Positions 39,045 to 48,368 of a DNA stretch of 64,000 bases are shown here, in pieces. The position numbers and the translations under genes are program-made. The first letter of the stretch is position 1, and every line of letters starts with the position of its first letter. Location of the stretch: NCBI GenBank assembly GCA_038231435.1, contig JBBRLJ010000004.1, positions 32,001 to 96,000 of the forward strand. The letters are read 5' to 3'. The notes beneath the pieces were generated by a model that saw only the letters and a list, made by a program, of their open reading frames with translations, did not search any database and was not told where the DNA came from. Source of the stretch: Planctomycetota bacterium. Its GTDB lineage: Bacteria > Planctomycetota > UBA11346.

Positions 39045-42000
39045 CAGGGCAGCTCCACCAGGATTCGGAAGCCGATCATCTCGGCGCGGATGGCGTCGTC
39101 CACGCTCTCGCTGTAGGTGGAGCGGAACCAGTGCTCGTCATCGTCGGAATAGGCTCCGCCGGCGATCAGTGCGTGATGGGCGCCGGCCGCGCGTGGATCC
39201 TGGTTGGAGCGGCCATCGTCGCCCAGCCATTCGCGCACGTTGCCGGCCAGATCGAAGTGGCCGAATGGGCCGACGTCGTAGCTGACGCTGCCGACCTTGG
39301 CGGCGACCTCGACCAGCTTGGCGGCGGATGAGCAGGTGAAGTTGGCGTCGAAATGCCCTCCCCACGGGTACACGCGCTGGATGTCATCGCCGCAGGCGGC
39401 GAACTGCCACTCGCTCTTGAGCGGTAGCCGCGCCTTGACCCCGTTCTTCTTCGATAGCCACACGCAGAAATCGCGAGCGTCCTCGCGCGTGATCGAGATC
39501 ACTGGCGAATCCATCGGCACTCCGGGCATGACGCTGATGTCGCGGATCTCGGTCTCGTCCTTGGCGGTCTCGAACTTCACCTGCTTGGGGATGAATGCCT
39601 GGTTCATCGGCAGGTGGGGATACGGCGGGGGCTGTGGATTCTCGCCGTTGGCGTGGCTCTTGGCGAAGTCCTTGTAGATCTTCTTGATCGCGGGCAGCGA
39701 CTCCTCCTTCACGAAGGCCAGGTATTGGGCGATGGTGATCTCGTTCACGCCCAGCATGAACGGCTTGAGCGGCGGCTCGCCGCCGACCGGGACATGGAGG
39801 TTCCCCGGCACGAATCGCAGTGGGATGCCAGGGACCGACTTCAGGTTCTCGGGCCAGGCGAATACCGTCGGCTGGTCGCTGCGCAGGACCAGCGACACGA
39901 TGGTGTCGGCGGCCTGCAACTGCCAGGTGCCCGAGGCCAGATCGTAGTCCTTGCCGGGTTCGATCGGCATGGGCTCGCCGTCGGCTGCCAGGCGCGTGTC
40001 GGGCTGCACCACCACGCGGCGGGCCATCACCACCGCGCCGGGCTTGCCGGTGACCTTGAGGCGCGCGGTACCCGCCAACTCGGCGGCGTAGGTGTGATCG
40101 AGGCGGTCGGCGCGCGCGAGCAGGTTCCGGAAGGCTTCGATCTCGGGCAGATTGCGCGTCGCCTGAGCTTCGACCAGGCGGTTATGGTAGAGTTGGGCGA
40201 GAATGCTCAGGCCTTCGCGGTAGGCCTGGGGTTTCTTGTCCGCACCCGCGAACGGCTCGAGCGTGGCGACCACGTTGTTGGCCAAGCCTTCGCAGTTCGC
40301 CCACTCCTGCACCAGCGCCTTGCGCGCCTGTTCCGAGGCCTGGATGGCCGCGAACACCGGACTCTTGTCGGCGATCGGCTTGTCGGCCAGCTTCTTGCCG
40401 AGCACCTCGGCCTCTTGGCGCTTGCCGAGATAGATGTCGCGCTGGGCGTTCATCTCGGCCTGGGCCTTGCGCGCGCCTTCGAGCAGTTTCGCCGCGTTGG
40501 TTTCGGCCTCTTGCCGGCGCTTGACCTCACCGCGCTGGAACTCGATGCGCTGCTTCTCGAGCGTCGCACGCGCGTACATCGCCTTGGTATCCGCGTCGTC
40601 GGAGGCGAAGCCGATCGCCTGCTCGGCGGACTTCATGGCATCGTCCGGATCGGCCGCGTCGAGCGAGGCGGCAGCCTTCGCCGAGAGCTCGCGCGCGCGC
40701 TTGAGGTTGTCGGCAGCCTTGGCGGCGGCGGCGACGCGGGCGCGCCCCTCATCGAGCTTCTTCACCAGGCCGGCGACGCCGGGCAGCTTCACGTCGTGGT
40801 CCTGGTCCGCGAGCACCAGCTCGGCCTCGGCCTGCTTGAGCAGCTCGGTGGCCTGCGCATCGAGCGGATCCTTGGCGGCGGCGGCGGCAAGAGCCGTGCT
40901 GCTGGCGTCGAAATGCCCAGTCGCGACCCGGGTCTTCTCCTCGAGCTGCTTGTTCGACGCGATCTTCTGGGTCTCCATCACCGCGGCCTGGATCTCGGTG
41001 TCCTCGGGAGTCAGCTTGAGCGCCTGTTGCAGGGTGGCGAGGCCGGCGACGGCGTCCTTCTTGGCTTCGTCCTGCCCGCGGGTGAAGAGATCGTGCGCGG
41101 CCTGCCGGTTTCTACGGACGACCTCCTCGTCGTCGAAGCGCTTCTTCGCCAGCTTGGCGGCGCCCGAGACCTCACTGTCGAACGCCTGGATGGCGCGGTC
41201 GCTGGGCTCGAGATCCATCGCGCGTGAGACCAGCAGCGAGACCTTGACCAGATCGTCGGGCTGCGGCGTGGCTCCGAGCGCGGCGTAGGTGATCTTGGCC
41301 TCGTTGAAGAGCTGATCGGCCTTGGCGCGATGCTCCTTCGCCAGGTACCACCAGGTGCCGGCGATGGCGCCCGCGACCAGCACCACGCCCGCGGCGCCGA
41401 GCTGGAGCTTGAGCTTGTTCTGCGCGATCCACAGGCGGATGAGCTCGCCGATCGAGCGCTTGCGCGCCTCGACGGCCTGGCCGGCGAGATAGCGGCGCAG
41501 GTCCTCGGCGAACGCCTCGCAGCTGGCGTAGCGGCGCGAACGCTCGCGCGCCATCGAGCGGTGGATGATCGCCACCAGGTCTGGATGCAGGGTGGGATCG
41601 GCCTGGTCGAGCGGCACGATCTCGCCGTGAACGATCTTGACGATCATCTCAGGGATGCTGGTGCCATCGAGGCAGCGGCGCAGCGACAGCAGCTCGTAGA
41701 GCGTGGCGCCGAGCGCGTACACGTCGGAGGTGGCGTCGATATTCTGCAGCTCGCCCTGGGCCTGCTCGGGCGGCATGTAGAAGATGGTGCCCATCGCCGA
41801 TCCGGCCATGGTCGCCGAGACGCTCTGCTGGTCGCGGATCGAGACCACTTCCTTGACCAGCGCGCTGGCCTGGTCGGCGCTCGCGAGGACCTTGGCGATG
41901 CCCCAGTCGACGACCAGCACCTCGCCGTGGCCTCCGAGCATGATGTTGTCGGGCTTGATGTCGCGGTGGATGACGCCGCGGCTGTGCGCGAAACCGACAC

Positions 42001-43432
42001 CGTCGAGCACCTTGAGGAAGACGTGGATCTTCTCCTCGATCGTCCAGCGCTCGGCGGCGGCCTTGGATTCGGCGTCGGGAGGGACGTTCTTGCCCTCCTT
42101 CATCAGCTTGCCGGCCTGCTGCTGGAGCAGCTTCACGACCTTGCCGAGGCTCTGGCCCTCGATCATCTTCATGGTGAAATAGAGGGTTCCGTCCTCCATC
42201 ACGCCCATGTCGTGAATCGGCACGATGTTCGGGTGCTCGAGCTGGGCGGTGACCTGCGCCTCGGCGAGGAAGCGCTCCATCGCCTCGGGGCTGTTGGCGA
42301 AGCGTCCGAGGATGACCTTCATCGCCGCCTTGCGGCGGAAGTCGTGATCCGAGATATCGAGCACCGCGCCCATGCCGCCGTGCGCAAGTTCCCTGTTGAT
42401 GGCGTAGCGGCCTTCGGTGCCCTGCTCGTCGATCAGCTTCTGGATGCCACGCGGCAGGTTGCCCGCGCCCTTGGCGGCGGCCATGTCGGCGAGCACCGAT
42501 GGCCGCGACAGCTGCAGCTTGGTGTCGAGGTGCTGCTGCTCGGTGGGCAGGCTGGCGTTCAATTTGGTGCGGCCGATGCGCTGGGTGAAGCTGCCGGTAC
42601 GCGGACCCTGGCTGCCGCTCAGGCTCGGCGACGAGCCGGAGAACGCCGAGGCTTCACCCATCTTCATGGTCGCGAGCGTGGGCGCATCGCCGACGGGCCC
42701 CGCGGGCCTGTCGCCCATCTTCATGGTCGCGAGCGTGGCGGCTGTGGCGGAAGAGGCGGAGGAGGCGGCGTCGCCGCTCATGGGCACGGTTGCCAGGGTC
42801 GGCGCGTCGCCGAGCGCGGGAGGCTGCGACGTGGCGTGCGTCTGGGTGGCGACCGGAGCGCGCGGAGTGGCCTGCGCAGACGGCCCGCGATTCAGATCCA
42901 TCGCCAAGGTGCGATCGTCGGCCGCCTTGGCGCCTGGGGCGGCGCCGAAGATCGGCACGGTCTTGGCAAGCTCAGACGGAGCCGCCTTGCTGGCGGGGAC
43001 CGTCCCCTGGAGATCCTGGGCATCGCCACGCGTCGGAATGGTCGCCTGCAGATCCTGGCTGTCGCCCTTCACCGGTGATGGAGGCGATGCTGGGGATCCC
43101 GTCGCCGCAGCCCGCGGCGCCGCGGTGGGCCTGGTCTCATCCAGGGCGGTCGGATGGGTGACGTTGAGATTCATCGCCACCGTGGCGCCAGCAAGGGGAT
43201 CCGCGTCGCCGTGCCCGGCATTCAGGTTCATCGGCAGCGTCGCCGCGTGGTCGCTGGTGTTCAGATTCATGGGCAGCGTCGAGGCCTGATCACCGGTGTT
43301 CAGGTTCATCGGCAGCGTCGAGGCCTGATCGGACGTCGGTTTCGCGGATGCGGGCACCGTGGCCTTGAGATCCTCGGCGTCGCCAGCGGGGGCTGGCATC
43401 GGGGCGCCGGTCGGTGGGGTGTCGTCGCTCAT
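39044..43432 (-). CDS. Ser/Thr protein kinase with repetitive N-terminal tail, TM helix, helical stalk and C-terminal FGE/sulfatase-modifying-like domain (approx. 1462 aa)
   Basis: HGGMG, AAMK, HRDIKPDN, DWG and GTIFYMPPEQ; FGE-like RLPLKSEWQFAA, YPWG, DLAGNVREW and IGFR. Confidence 0.93.
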   Translation of the reverse strand: MSDDTPPTGAPMPAPAGDAEDLKATVPASAKPTSDQASTLPMNLNTGDQASTLPMNLNTSDHAATLPMNLNAGHGDADPLAGATVAMNLNVTHPTALDETRPTAAPRAAATGSPASPPSPVKGDSQDLQATIPTRGDAQDLQGTVPASKAAPSELAKTVPIFGAAPGAKAADDRTLAMDLNRGPSAQATPRAPVATQTHATSQPPALGDAPTLATVPMSGDAASSASSATAATLATMKMGDRPAGPVGDAPTLATMKMGEASAFSGSSPSLSGSQGPRTGSFTQRIGRTKLNASLPTEQQHLDTKLQLSRPSVLADMAAAKGAGNLPRGIQKLIDEQGTEGRYAINRELAHGGMGAVLDISDHDFRRKAAMKVILGRFANSPEAMERFLAEAQVTAQLEHPNIVPIHDMGVMEDGTLYFTMKMIEGQSLGKVVKLLQQQAGKLMKEGKNVPPDAESKAAAERWTIEEKIHVFLKVLDGVGFAHSRGVIHRDIKPDNIMLGGHGEVLVVDWGIAKVLASADQASALVKEVVSIRDQQSVSATMAGSAMGTIFYMPPEQAQGELQNIDATSDVYALGATLYELLSLRRCLDGTSIPEMIVKIVHGEIVPLDQADPTLHPDLVAIIHRSMARERSRRYASCEAFAEDLRRYLAGQAVEARKRSIGELIRLWIAQNKLKLQLGAAGVVLVAGAIAGTWWYLAKEHRAKADQLFNEAKITYAALGATPQPDDLVKVSLLVSRAMDLEPSDRAIQAFDSEVSGAAKLAKKRFDDEEVVRRNRQAAHDLFTRGQDEAKKDAVAGLATLQQALKLTPEDTEIQAAVMETQKIASNKQLEEKTRVATGHFDASSTALAAAAAKDPLDAQATELLKQAEAELVLADQDHDVKLPGVAGLVKKLDEGRARVAAAAKAADNLKRARELSAKAAASLDAADPDDAMKSAEQAIGFASDDADTKAMYARATLEKQRIEFQRGEVKRRQEAETNAAKLLEGARKAQAEMNAQRDIYLGKRQEAEVLGKKLADKPIADKSPVFAAIQASEQARKALVQEWANCEGLANNVVATLEPFAGADKKPQAYREGLSILAQLYHNRLVEAQATRNLPEIEAFRNLLARADRLDHTYAAELAGTARLKVTGKPGAVVMARRVVVQPDTRLAADGEPMPIEPGKDYDLASGTWQLQAADTIVSLVLRSDQPTVFAWPENLKSVPGIPLRFVPGNLHVPVGGEPPLKPFMLGVNEITIAQYLAFVKEESLPAIKKIYKDFAKSHANGENPQPPPYPHLPMNQAFIPKQVKFETAKDETEIRDISVMPGVPMDSPVISITREDARDFCVWLSKKNGVKARLPLKSEWQFAACGDDIQRVYPWGGHFDANFTCSSAAKLVEVAAKVGSVSYDVGPFGHFDLAGNVREWLGDDGRSNQDPRAAGAHHALIAGGAYSDDDEHWFRSTYSESVDDAIRAEMIGFRILVELP
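43221..43332 (-). repeat. 39-bp intragenic tandem repeat x3 (DQASTLPMNLNTG-like)
   Basis: Units start at 43221, 43260 and 43299 (ttcag[g/a]ttcat[c/g]ggcagcgtcg). Confidence 0.9.
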
Positions 43433-43604
43433 GTCGCTCGATCCGATGCGGAAAGCCGTTGCGAGTCCCCGATGCGGAAGCTGGCGAGTGCGCGCATGCA
43501 CATGCGCGGAGTCACCCGGAGACTGGACGTCACAAGGTCGGGGAAACACGGCAAAGTCAAGGTATGACGGGGTTTTATGTCCGCCCAGGGCAGCGCCGCG
43601 CCCC

Positions 43605-45416
43605 TCACCCGAGGCGCTGCCGGCGCTGACGTAGCCCAAGCACGGCGAGCAGACCGATCATGACCGCCGCGCCGCCGCCAGCTCCGCACCCATGCTGCGG
43701 CTGGATGTCGGCGAACGCGGGGAAGGGAGGCGGAAGGAGACCAGGAGATGACGACGCAGGGGTCGGAGTGGCACCGTTGGAGGATTCTCGGTCGGAGAGG
43801 AAGACGACGCCGCCGGTTTGATCGTTTACCCTACTCAACGTCAGATCCATTGTGGTGTTATTGTAAATCCAATATGCTAGCCCGGAATTCAAAGTTGTCA
43901 CATTTTGGTAAGCTTGGCCATCCCAATAATATACAAATGATCCGATCGCAGCCATTCTGGCCAAACCGGTTACTGCCGCTCCATTTCCATCAAAAACAGA
44001 AAATTGATCCATCCTATGATTGGTTAATGTTCTGGGCCCCTCAGTTAATGGCGGTATGCCGAAAAGATTCCATCCTGGATGAACTACAATATCGAACGGA
44101 GCGGGCTGCCCTGTACCGCTAAAATTTAAAGAGAGCGGAACTCGTGTCGCTATAAATATTCCTGTATCAACGCGAATTCCGCCTGATGGCGCGCGATCTG
44201 GCAATTCACAAAAAACCTTGTTGATAGCATCAAAAGCAAACGCACGCATCATGGATCTAGGGCCATACTGCCTTAAAGCCGTGATTAAATTAGCAATGCC
44301 TTGTGGGGTCGATGGGCAGATGGCAGAATATACAGGTGTTGAATTACTCATGGGAATTGGCGGAGACGAAATACCAACCGTCACTGGCAGCGCCTGGATG
44401 TCAATTACACCAATATCACTCTGCACCGAGGCCATGTACTCGCCGAACCAAATATTTCGGTCCGGGCCCATACATATTCCAAGCGGCGGGTATGTTGACA
44501 GGTATTCAGATACAGTTTGTGTATTTCCTGGATTGGTTGTGATGGCACCCACCCTACCCCCGCTAACCATTGAAAACCAAAGCCTTCCATCCGGCCCAGC
44601 AGTCATCTTGCCTAGACTTGTACTCGTTAACGGCCCTGGGAATTCGGTAATTGTTCCGTAGGCTAAGCCAGCCGATAAATTTAATCTTGCGATTTTATTT
44701 AAGCTGCTTTCTACGAACCAGATATTTCCGTCCGGACCCACGGTAATTCCATTTGGGGAGGCTGAAGGGGAGATCCCAACGGAGAACATAGTCATCGTTC
44801 CGTTGGTCGAGACCCTCCCCAGTCGATTATTCGCGGTATCCGTAAACCACAAATTTCCATCCGGTCCAGCCGCAATTGATGAGGGTCTTGATGTAAACAT
44901 CGCGGCGGGGATAGGGTATTCGAAAACCGCACTTGTTCCAAAATCATATTTACCGATATTTCCCAAAGAAGACTCCCCAAACCATATATTCCCATCTTGT
45001 CCTACCGAAATACCGAGGGGTCCTCTAGCAGACAGTGTATTTAATTGAATTTCGGTAACAAATCCGACCGGAGTAATTTTTCCGATCTTATTTCCAAACT
45101 GTTCGGTAAACCACATGTTGCCGTCGGGCCCTAGTGTTATTGAATAAACGCCAGAGCTAATTCCCGTAGTATATTCTGTTATCAAGCCACTAGATGAGAT
45201 TTTTCCGATCTTCGAACTTCCCTCTCCAAACCACACATTTCCATCGCGTCCAGCAGCCATTTCCTGCGGATCTCCGTACATGCTGCTAGGTATCGGATAC
45301 TCCGCCGACGGCGGAGTTGCCGGAATCGGCAGAGTGAACCCATTCCCCCGTCCTTCCGATCCAACCCATCCAAGAATCGCCATCAGGATCCAGATCCCAC
45401 GTACGTGCATGCGCAT
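43605..45416 (-). CDS. Surface protein: Vgb (virginiamycin B lyase)-like beta-propeller, unknown domain and C-terminal GC-TM-Arg sorting signal
   Basis: About 7 repeats of (I)T.GPDGN.WF.E; N-terminal signal; C-terminus HGCGAGGGAAVMIGLLAVLGLRQRRQR; GAGG SD. Confidence 0.85.
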   Translation of the reverse strand: MRMHVRGIWILMAILGWVGSEGRGNGFTLPIPATPPSAEYPIPSSMYGDPQEMAAGRDGNVWFGEGSSKIGKISSSGLITEYTTGISSGVYSITLGPDGNMWFTEQFGNKIGKITPVGFVTEIQLNTLSARGPLGISVGQDGNIWFGESSLGNIGKYDFGTSAVFEYPIPAAMFTSRPSSIAAGPDGNLWFTDTANNRLGRVSTNGTMTMFSVGISPSASPNGITVGPDGNIWFVESSLNKIARLNLSAGLAYGTITEFPGPLTSTSLGKMTAGPDGRLWFSMVSGGRVGAITTNPGNTQTVSEYLSTYPPLGICMGPDRNIWFGEYMASVQSDIGVIDIQALPVTVGISSPPIPMSNSTPVYSAICPSTPQGIANLITALRQYGPRSMMRAFAFDAINKVFCELPDRAPSGGIRVDTGIFIATRVPLSLNFSGTGQPAPFDIVVHPGWNLFGIPPLTEGPRTLTNHRMDQFSVFDGNGAAVTGLARMAAIGSFVYYWDGQAYQNVTTLNSGLAYWIYNNTTMDLTLSRVNDQTGGVVFLSDRESSNGATPTPASSSPGLLPPPFPAFADIQPQHGCGAGGGAAVMIGLLAVLGLRQRRQRLG

Positions 45417-45628
45417 CTCCCTCGGTCTGGAACCATAGCTCTAGCGACAACAGCGCAAATGCCCTGCAGAGGCGTCCGGGCCCCGCAAGCATCGCACCTA
45501 TAACCAAAGGACATCGATAACCGGTCACGCCCGTCTATTCGTTCATGGTGCCTTGACTGATGGGTCCACCTCATAAGGTGCGCCGCGCCCGACCGGGCAC
45601 CCCGATAATGATGGCGCTGACAGCTCAT

Positions 45629-45874
45629 ATGGATGATGACGACGACCTGCCGAAGGCGACTCCGCGCATGGCGGCCGAGGAGAACCGGCAGCTGAACTCG
45701 CTGTCGCGTTCCCTGGTCGCGGCCTACGTGGCAGTCGGAGCCGGGCTGATTGGAGCTGGCATCGGCTGGGCCATCGATCGTGCCAACGACTCGTCTCCGC
45801 GCTGGACCCTCATCGTGGCCGCGGTTCTGCTGGGTGGCGGCATCTACAACCTCGTCCGCGAGGTGCGCAAGTGA
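45629..45874 (+). CDS. atpZ: AtpZ/AtpI-family 2-TM protein (ATP synthase gene 1)
   Basis: GAGIGWAIDR....P.W TM pair; first gene of the atp operon; start uncertain. Confidence 0.75.
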   Translation: MDDDDDLPKATPRMAAEENRQLNSLSRSLVAAYVAVGAGLIGAGIGWAIDRANDSSPRWTLIVAAVLLGGGIYNLVREVRK

Positions 45875-46251
45875 TGCTGACCTCGACCTCCAAGCTGCTG
45901 GCGCTCGCCGTGGCCCCCTCGGCTCTCGCGCTGCTGATCGCCGCGATCCCTGGAACGCCTCCGGGCATCTTCCTGGGCGGCCTGCTGACTCTGCCCCTGG
46001 CGGCTGCTGGCGCGTTGATGCTGTCGCTGCGCACCACGTCGCTGGGCATGTCCGCCGTTGGCGCCGCGGGCGCCTTCGTCATCCGCATCGGCGGCGCCGG
46101 CGCCGCCGCGCTGCTGGTCCAGGGCGATGCGCACGCCCCAGCCATCCTCGCCACCATCGCCGCCTGCCTGTTCGCCAGCCTGGCGGCAGAAATGGCCAGC
46201 TGGTTCATCGCCATGCGCTCGCAGCTCGCCGGGAATGCCACCGATGCCTGA
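45871..46251 (+). CDS. atpI: AtpI-like 4-TM protein
   Basis: Four hydrophobic segments with an Arg in TM3; located between atpZ and atpB. Confidence 0.6.
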   Translation: MMLTSTSKLLALAVAPSALALLIAAIPGTPPGIFLGGLLTLPLAAAGALMLSLRTTSLGMSAVGAAGAFVIRIGGAGAAALLVQGDAHAPAILATIAACLFASLAAEMASWFIAMRSQLAGNATDA

Positions 46252-47413
46252 GACCACCGCGCCCGATACCGCCACGATCCCGCCTGAGCATCCCGCCGGC
46301 GCGACGCCCGAGGCTGCCACCGCCGAGCACGGCGAGCACCAGGGCGCCGCCGCGCACGCCGGCCACCATTTCGATTTCCAGGCGCTGAACTACAGCCACA
46401 CCATGCCGTATCCGGCGGTCGAGCCGATCCACGGCCACCCGCTGCTGATCCTGAACCTCGCCGAATACGCCGATCTCAATTACGGCGCGCTCAGCGCGAA
46501 GCCCAATTTCTCAGGCATCTCGACCGGCGGCAACGAGGCGTGGGCGGTGCAGTACGTCGCCAAGCGCGAGTCCTACATCGACGACGCGACCGGCAAGCAC
46601 AAGGTCTTCCAGGCCTCGCCAGAGAACCTCGCCAAGGCGATGACCATCGCCCGGCAAGAGGCCTGGGCGACGTTCCCGAAGCAGCTGTCGTTCATCAACC
46701 ATCAGACCTTCTGGTCGACCATCGCGCTGACCCTGTTCGCCGCGGTGCTGCTGATCTTCGCCCGCCGCACCAAGGACCAGCTCAAGCCGACGGGGCGCTT
46801 CCAGCATGTCATGGAGTCGCTCGTGCTGTTCGTGCGCGACGACATCGTGCGCCCCAACATCAAGCACCACCCCGACTGGTGGACGCCGTACTTCGCCAGC
46901 TTCTTCATCGTCATCCTGGTCTGCAACCTGTTCGGGCTGATCCCGATCTTCGCCACCGCCACCGGCAACATCGCCGTGACCGTGGCCTTCTCGCTGACCA
47001 CCGCCCTCCTGATGCTGTGGATGGGCCTTAAGGAGAACGGTCCGGTGAAGTTCTGGATCCGCCTTGTGCCGGTGCACTGGTCGTGGAACCCCCTCGCGAT
47101 CCTGCTGTGGCTATTCCTGTTCGTGCTCGAGGTGGCGCAGCTGGCGATTCGTCCGACGGTGCTGGCCGTGCGACTGTTCGTGAACATGTTCGCCGGCCAC
47201 AGCGTCCTGCTCGTGTTCGCCAGCCTCGGCTTCATTATCTTCGCCGAAGATCATCACGCCTATGCGACCAGCACCGGATTCGGTACCGGTGGCTGGATCC
47301 TCACCACTTTCTTCCTCTATCCGCTCGAGCTGCTCATCGCCGTGCTCCAGGCCTTCATCTTCACGCTGCTCAGCGCCGTGTTCATCGGCCTCTGCGCGCA
47401 TCCCGAACACTGA
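46244..47413 (+). CDS. atpB: F0 subunit a, with long N-terminal extension
   Basis: CNLFGLIP, ATGNIAVT, RPTVLAVRLFVNMFAGH and LQAFIFTLL. Confidence 0.95.
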   Translation: MPETTAPDTATIPPEHPAGATPEAATAEHGEHQGAAAHAGHHFDFQALNYSHTMPYPAVEPIHGHPLLILNLAEYADLNYGALSAKPNFSGISTGGNEAWAVQYVAKRESYIDDATGKHKVFQASPENLAKAMTIARQEAWATFPKQLSFINHQTFWSTIALTLFAAVLLIFARRTKDQLKPTGRFQHVMESLVLFVRDDIVRPNIKHHPDWWTPYFASFFIVILVCNLFGLIPIFATATGNIAVTVAFSLTTALLMLWMGLKENGPVKFWIRLVPVHWSWNPLAILLWLFLFVLEVAQLAIRPTVLAVRLFVNMFAGHSVLLVFASLGFIIFAEDHHAYATSTGFGTGGWILTTFFLYPLELLIAVLQAFIFTLLSAVFIGLCAHPEH

Positions 47414-47475
47414 TCCCGCTCAATCTTACCACTTCCCGCACCATCAGCACCCCTCCGCATTCAGAAGGACAGCCC

Positions 47476-47787
47476 ATGTCAGACCTCGCCACCATCGCCA
47501 TGAGCGTGATGAACGCCCTACCCGCCGCGGACGCCACCGTGGACACCACCATGGAGGCCGCCCGTGCCACCACTCACGGCCTCCTGACGATCGGCCGAGG
47601 CGCGGCGTACGGCGCGGCAGCCGGCGGCGCCAGCGTCGGCATCGGCTTGGTGGTCGCCGCCACCATCAGCGGCATCGCCCGCCAGCCCGAGCAGGGCGGC
47701 GCGCTGCGCACCCTGATGTTTATCGGCATCGGCTTCATCGAGGTGTTCGCGCTCATCGGCTTCGCCTACCTCTTCATCTTGACCTGA
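47476..47787 (+). CDS. atpE: F0 subunit c
   Basis: Gly-rich helix, ARQPE loop and FIEV carboxylate; GAAGGA SD. Confidence 0.95.
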   Translation: MSDLATIAMSVMNALPAADATVDTTMEAARATTHGLLTIGRGAAYGAAAGGASVGIGLVVAATISGIARQPEQGGALRTLMFIGIGFIEVFALIGFAYLFILT

Positions 47788-47857
47788 GCCCGACCGATAC
47801 ACGCCCGCGGCCCCGCCGCAGGCTGACGCCTGCACCCCATCTCCCATCGGGACCACC

Positions 47858-48367
47858 ATGGAAGAGTTCTTCGAGTCCAACGTCGCCAACTTCTTCTGGG
47901 GAGTCGCCGCGTTCATCGTGTTCGTGATGATCTTCTACCGCCTGGCGGTGAAGCACATCCTGGCCGCGATCGACGCGCGCGAGGCCAAGATCTCGCAGCA
48001 GATGAAGGAGGCCGAGGACGCCTACGTGCGCGCCAAGCGCGTGCAGGCCGATGTCGACGCCAAGTTCGCCGCCGCCGAGACCAAGATCTCGGCGATGATG
48101 ACCGAGGCCCGTAAGGACGCCGAATCCTTCAAGGCGGACCTGGTCGACAAGGGCAAGACCGAGATCGAAGCCGGCCGCCAGCGCTCGCTGCGCGACATCG
48201 ACGCCGCCCGCCACGCCGCGGTCATCACCCTGCGGCAGGAGATCGCCGTGGTCGCGACCCAGGTCGCCGAGAAGATCGTGCGCGAAAAGATCGACGCCGC
48301 AAAGCACGAGGACCTGGTCGGCCAGGCCATCGACGCGTACGAAGCCAGCCAGGGCGGGAAGAAGTAG
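47858..48367 (+). CDS. atpF: F0 subunit b
   Basis: FFW..AFIVF TM helix, IDAREAKI and coiled coil. Confidence 0.93.
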   Translation: MEEFFESNVANFFWGVAAFIVFVMIFYRLAVKHILAAIDAREAKISQQMKEAEDAYVRAKRVQADVDAKFAAAETKISAMMTEARKDAESFKADLVDKGKTEIEAGRQRSLRDIDAARHAAVITLRQEIAVVATQVAEKIVREKIDAAKHEDLVGQAIDAYEASQGGKK

Positions 48368-48368
48368 C

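Noticed and set aside
39044..39250. Diversity-generating retroelement target (FGE/C-type-lectin fold ending in GFR)
   Set aside because: No template repeat, adenine-specific variant copy or reverse transcriptase seen in the window
43605..45416. Streptogramin B resistance (true Vgb lyase)
   Set aside because: The protein is exported and surface-anchored with extra domains; similarity is limited to the generic propeller repeats
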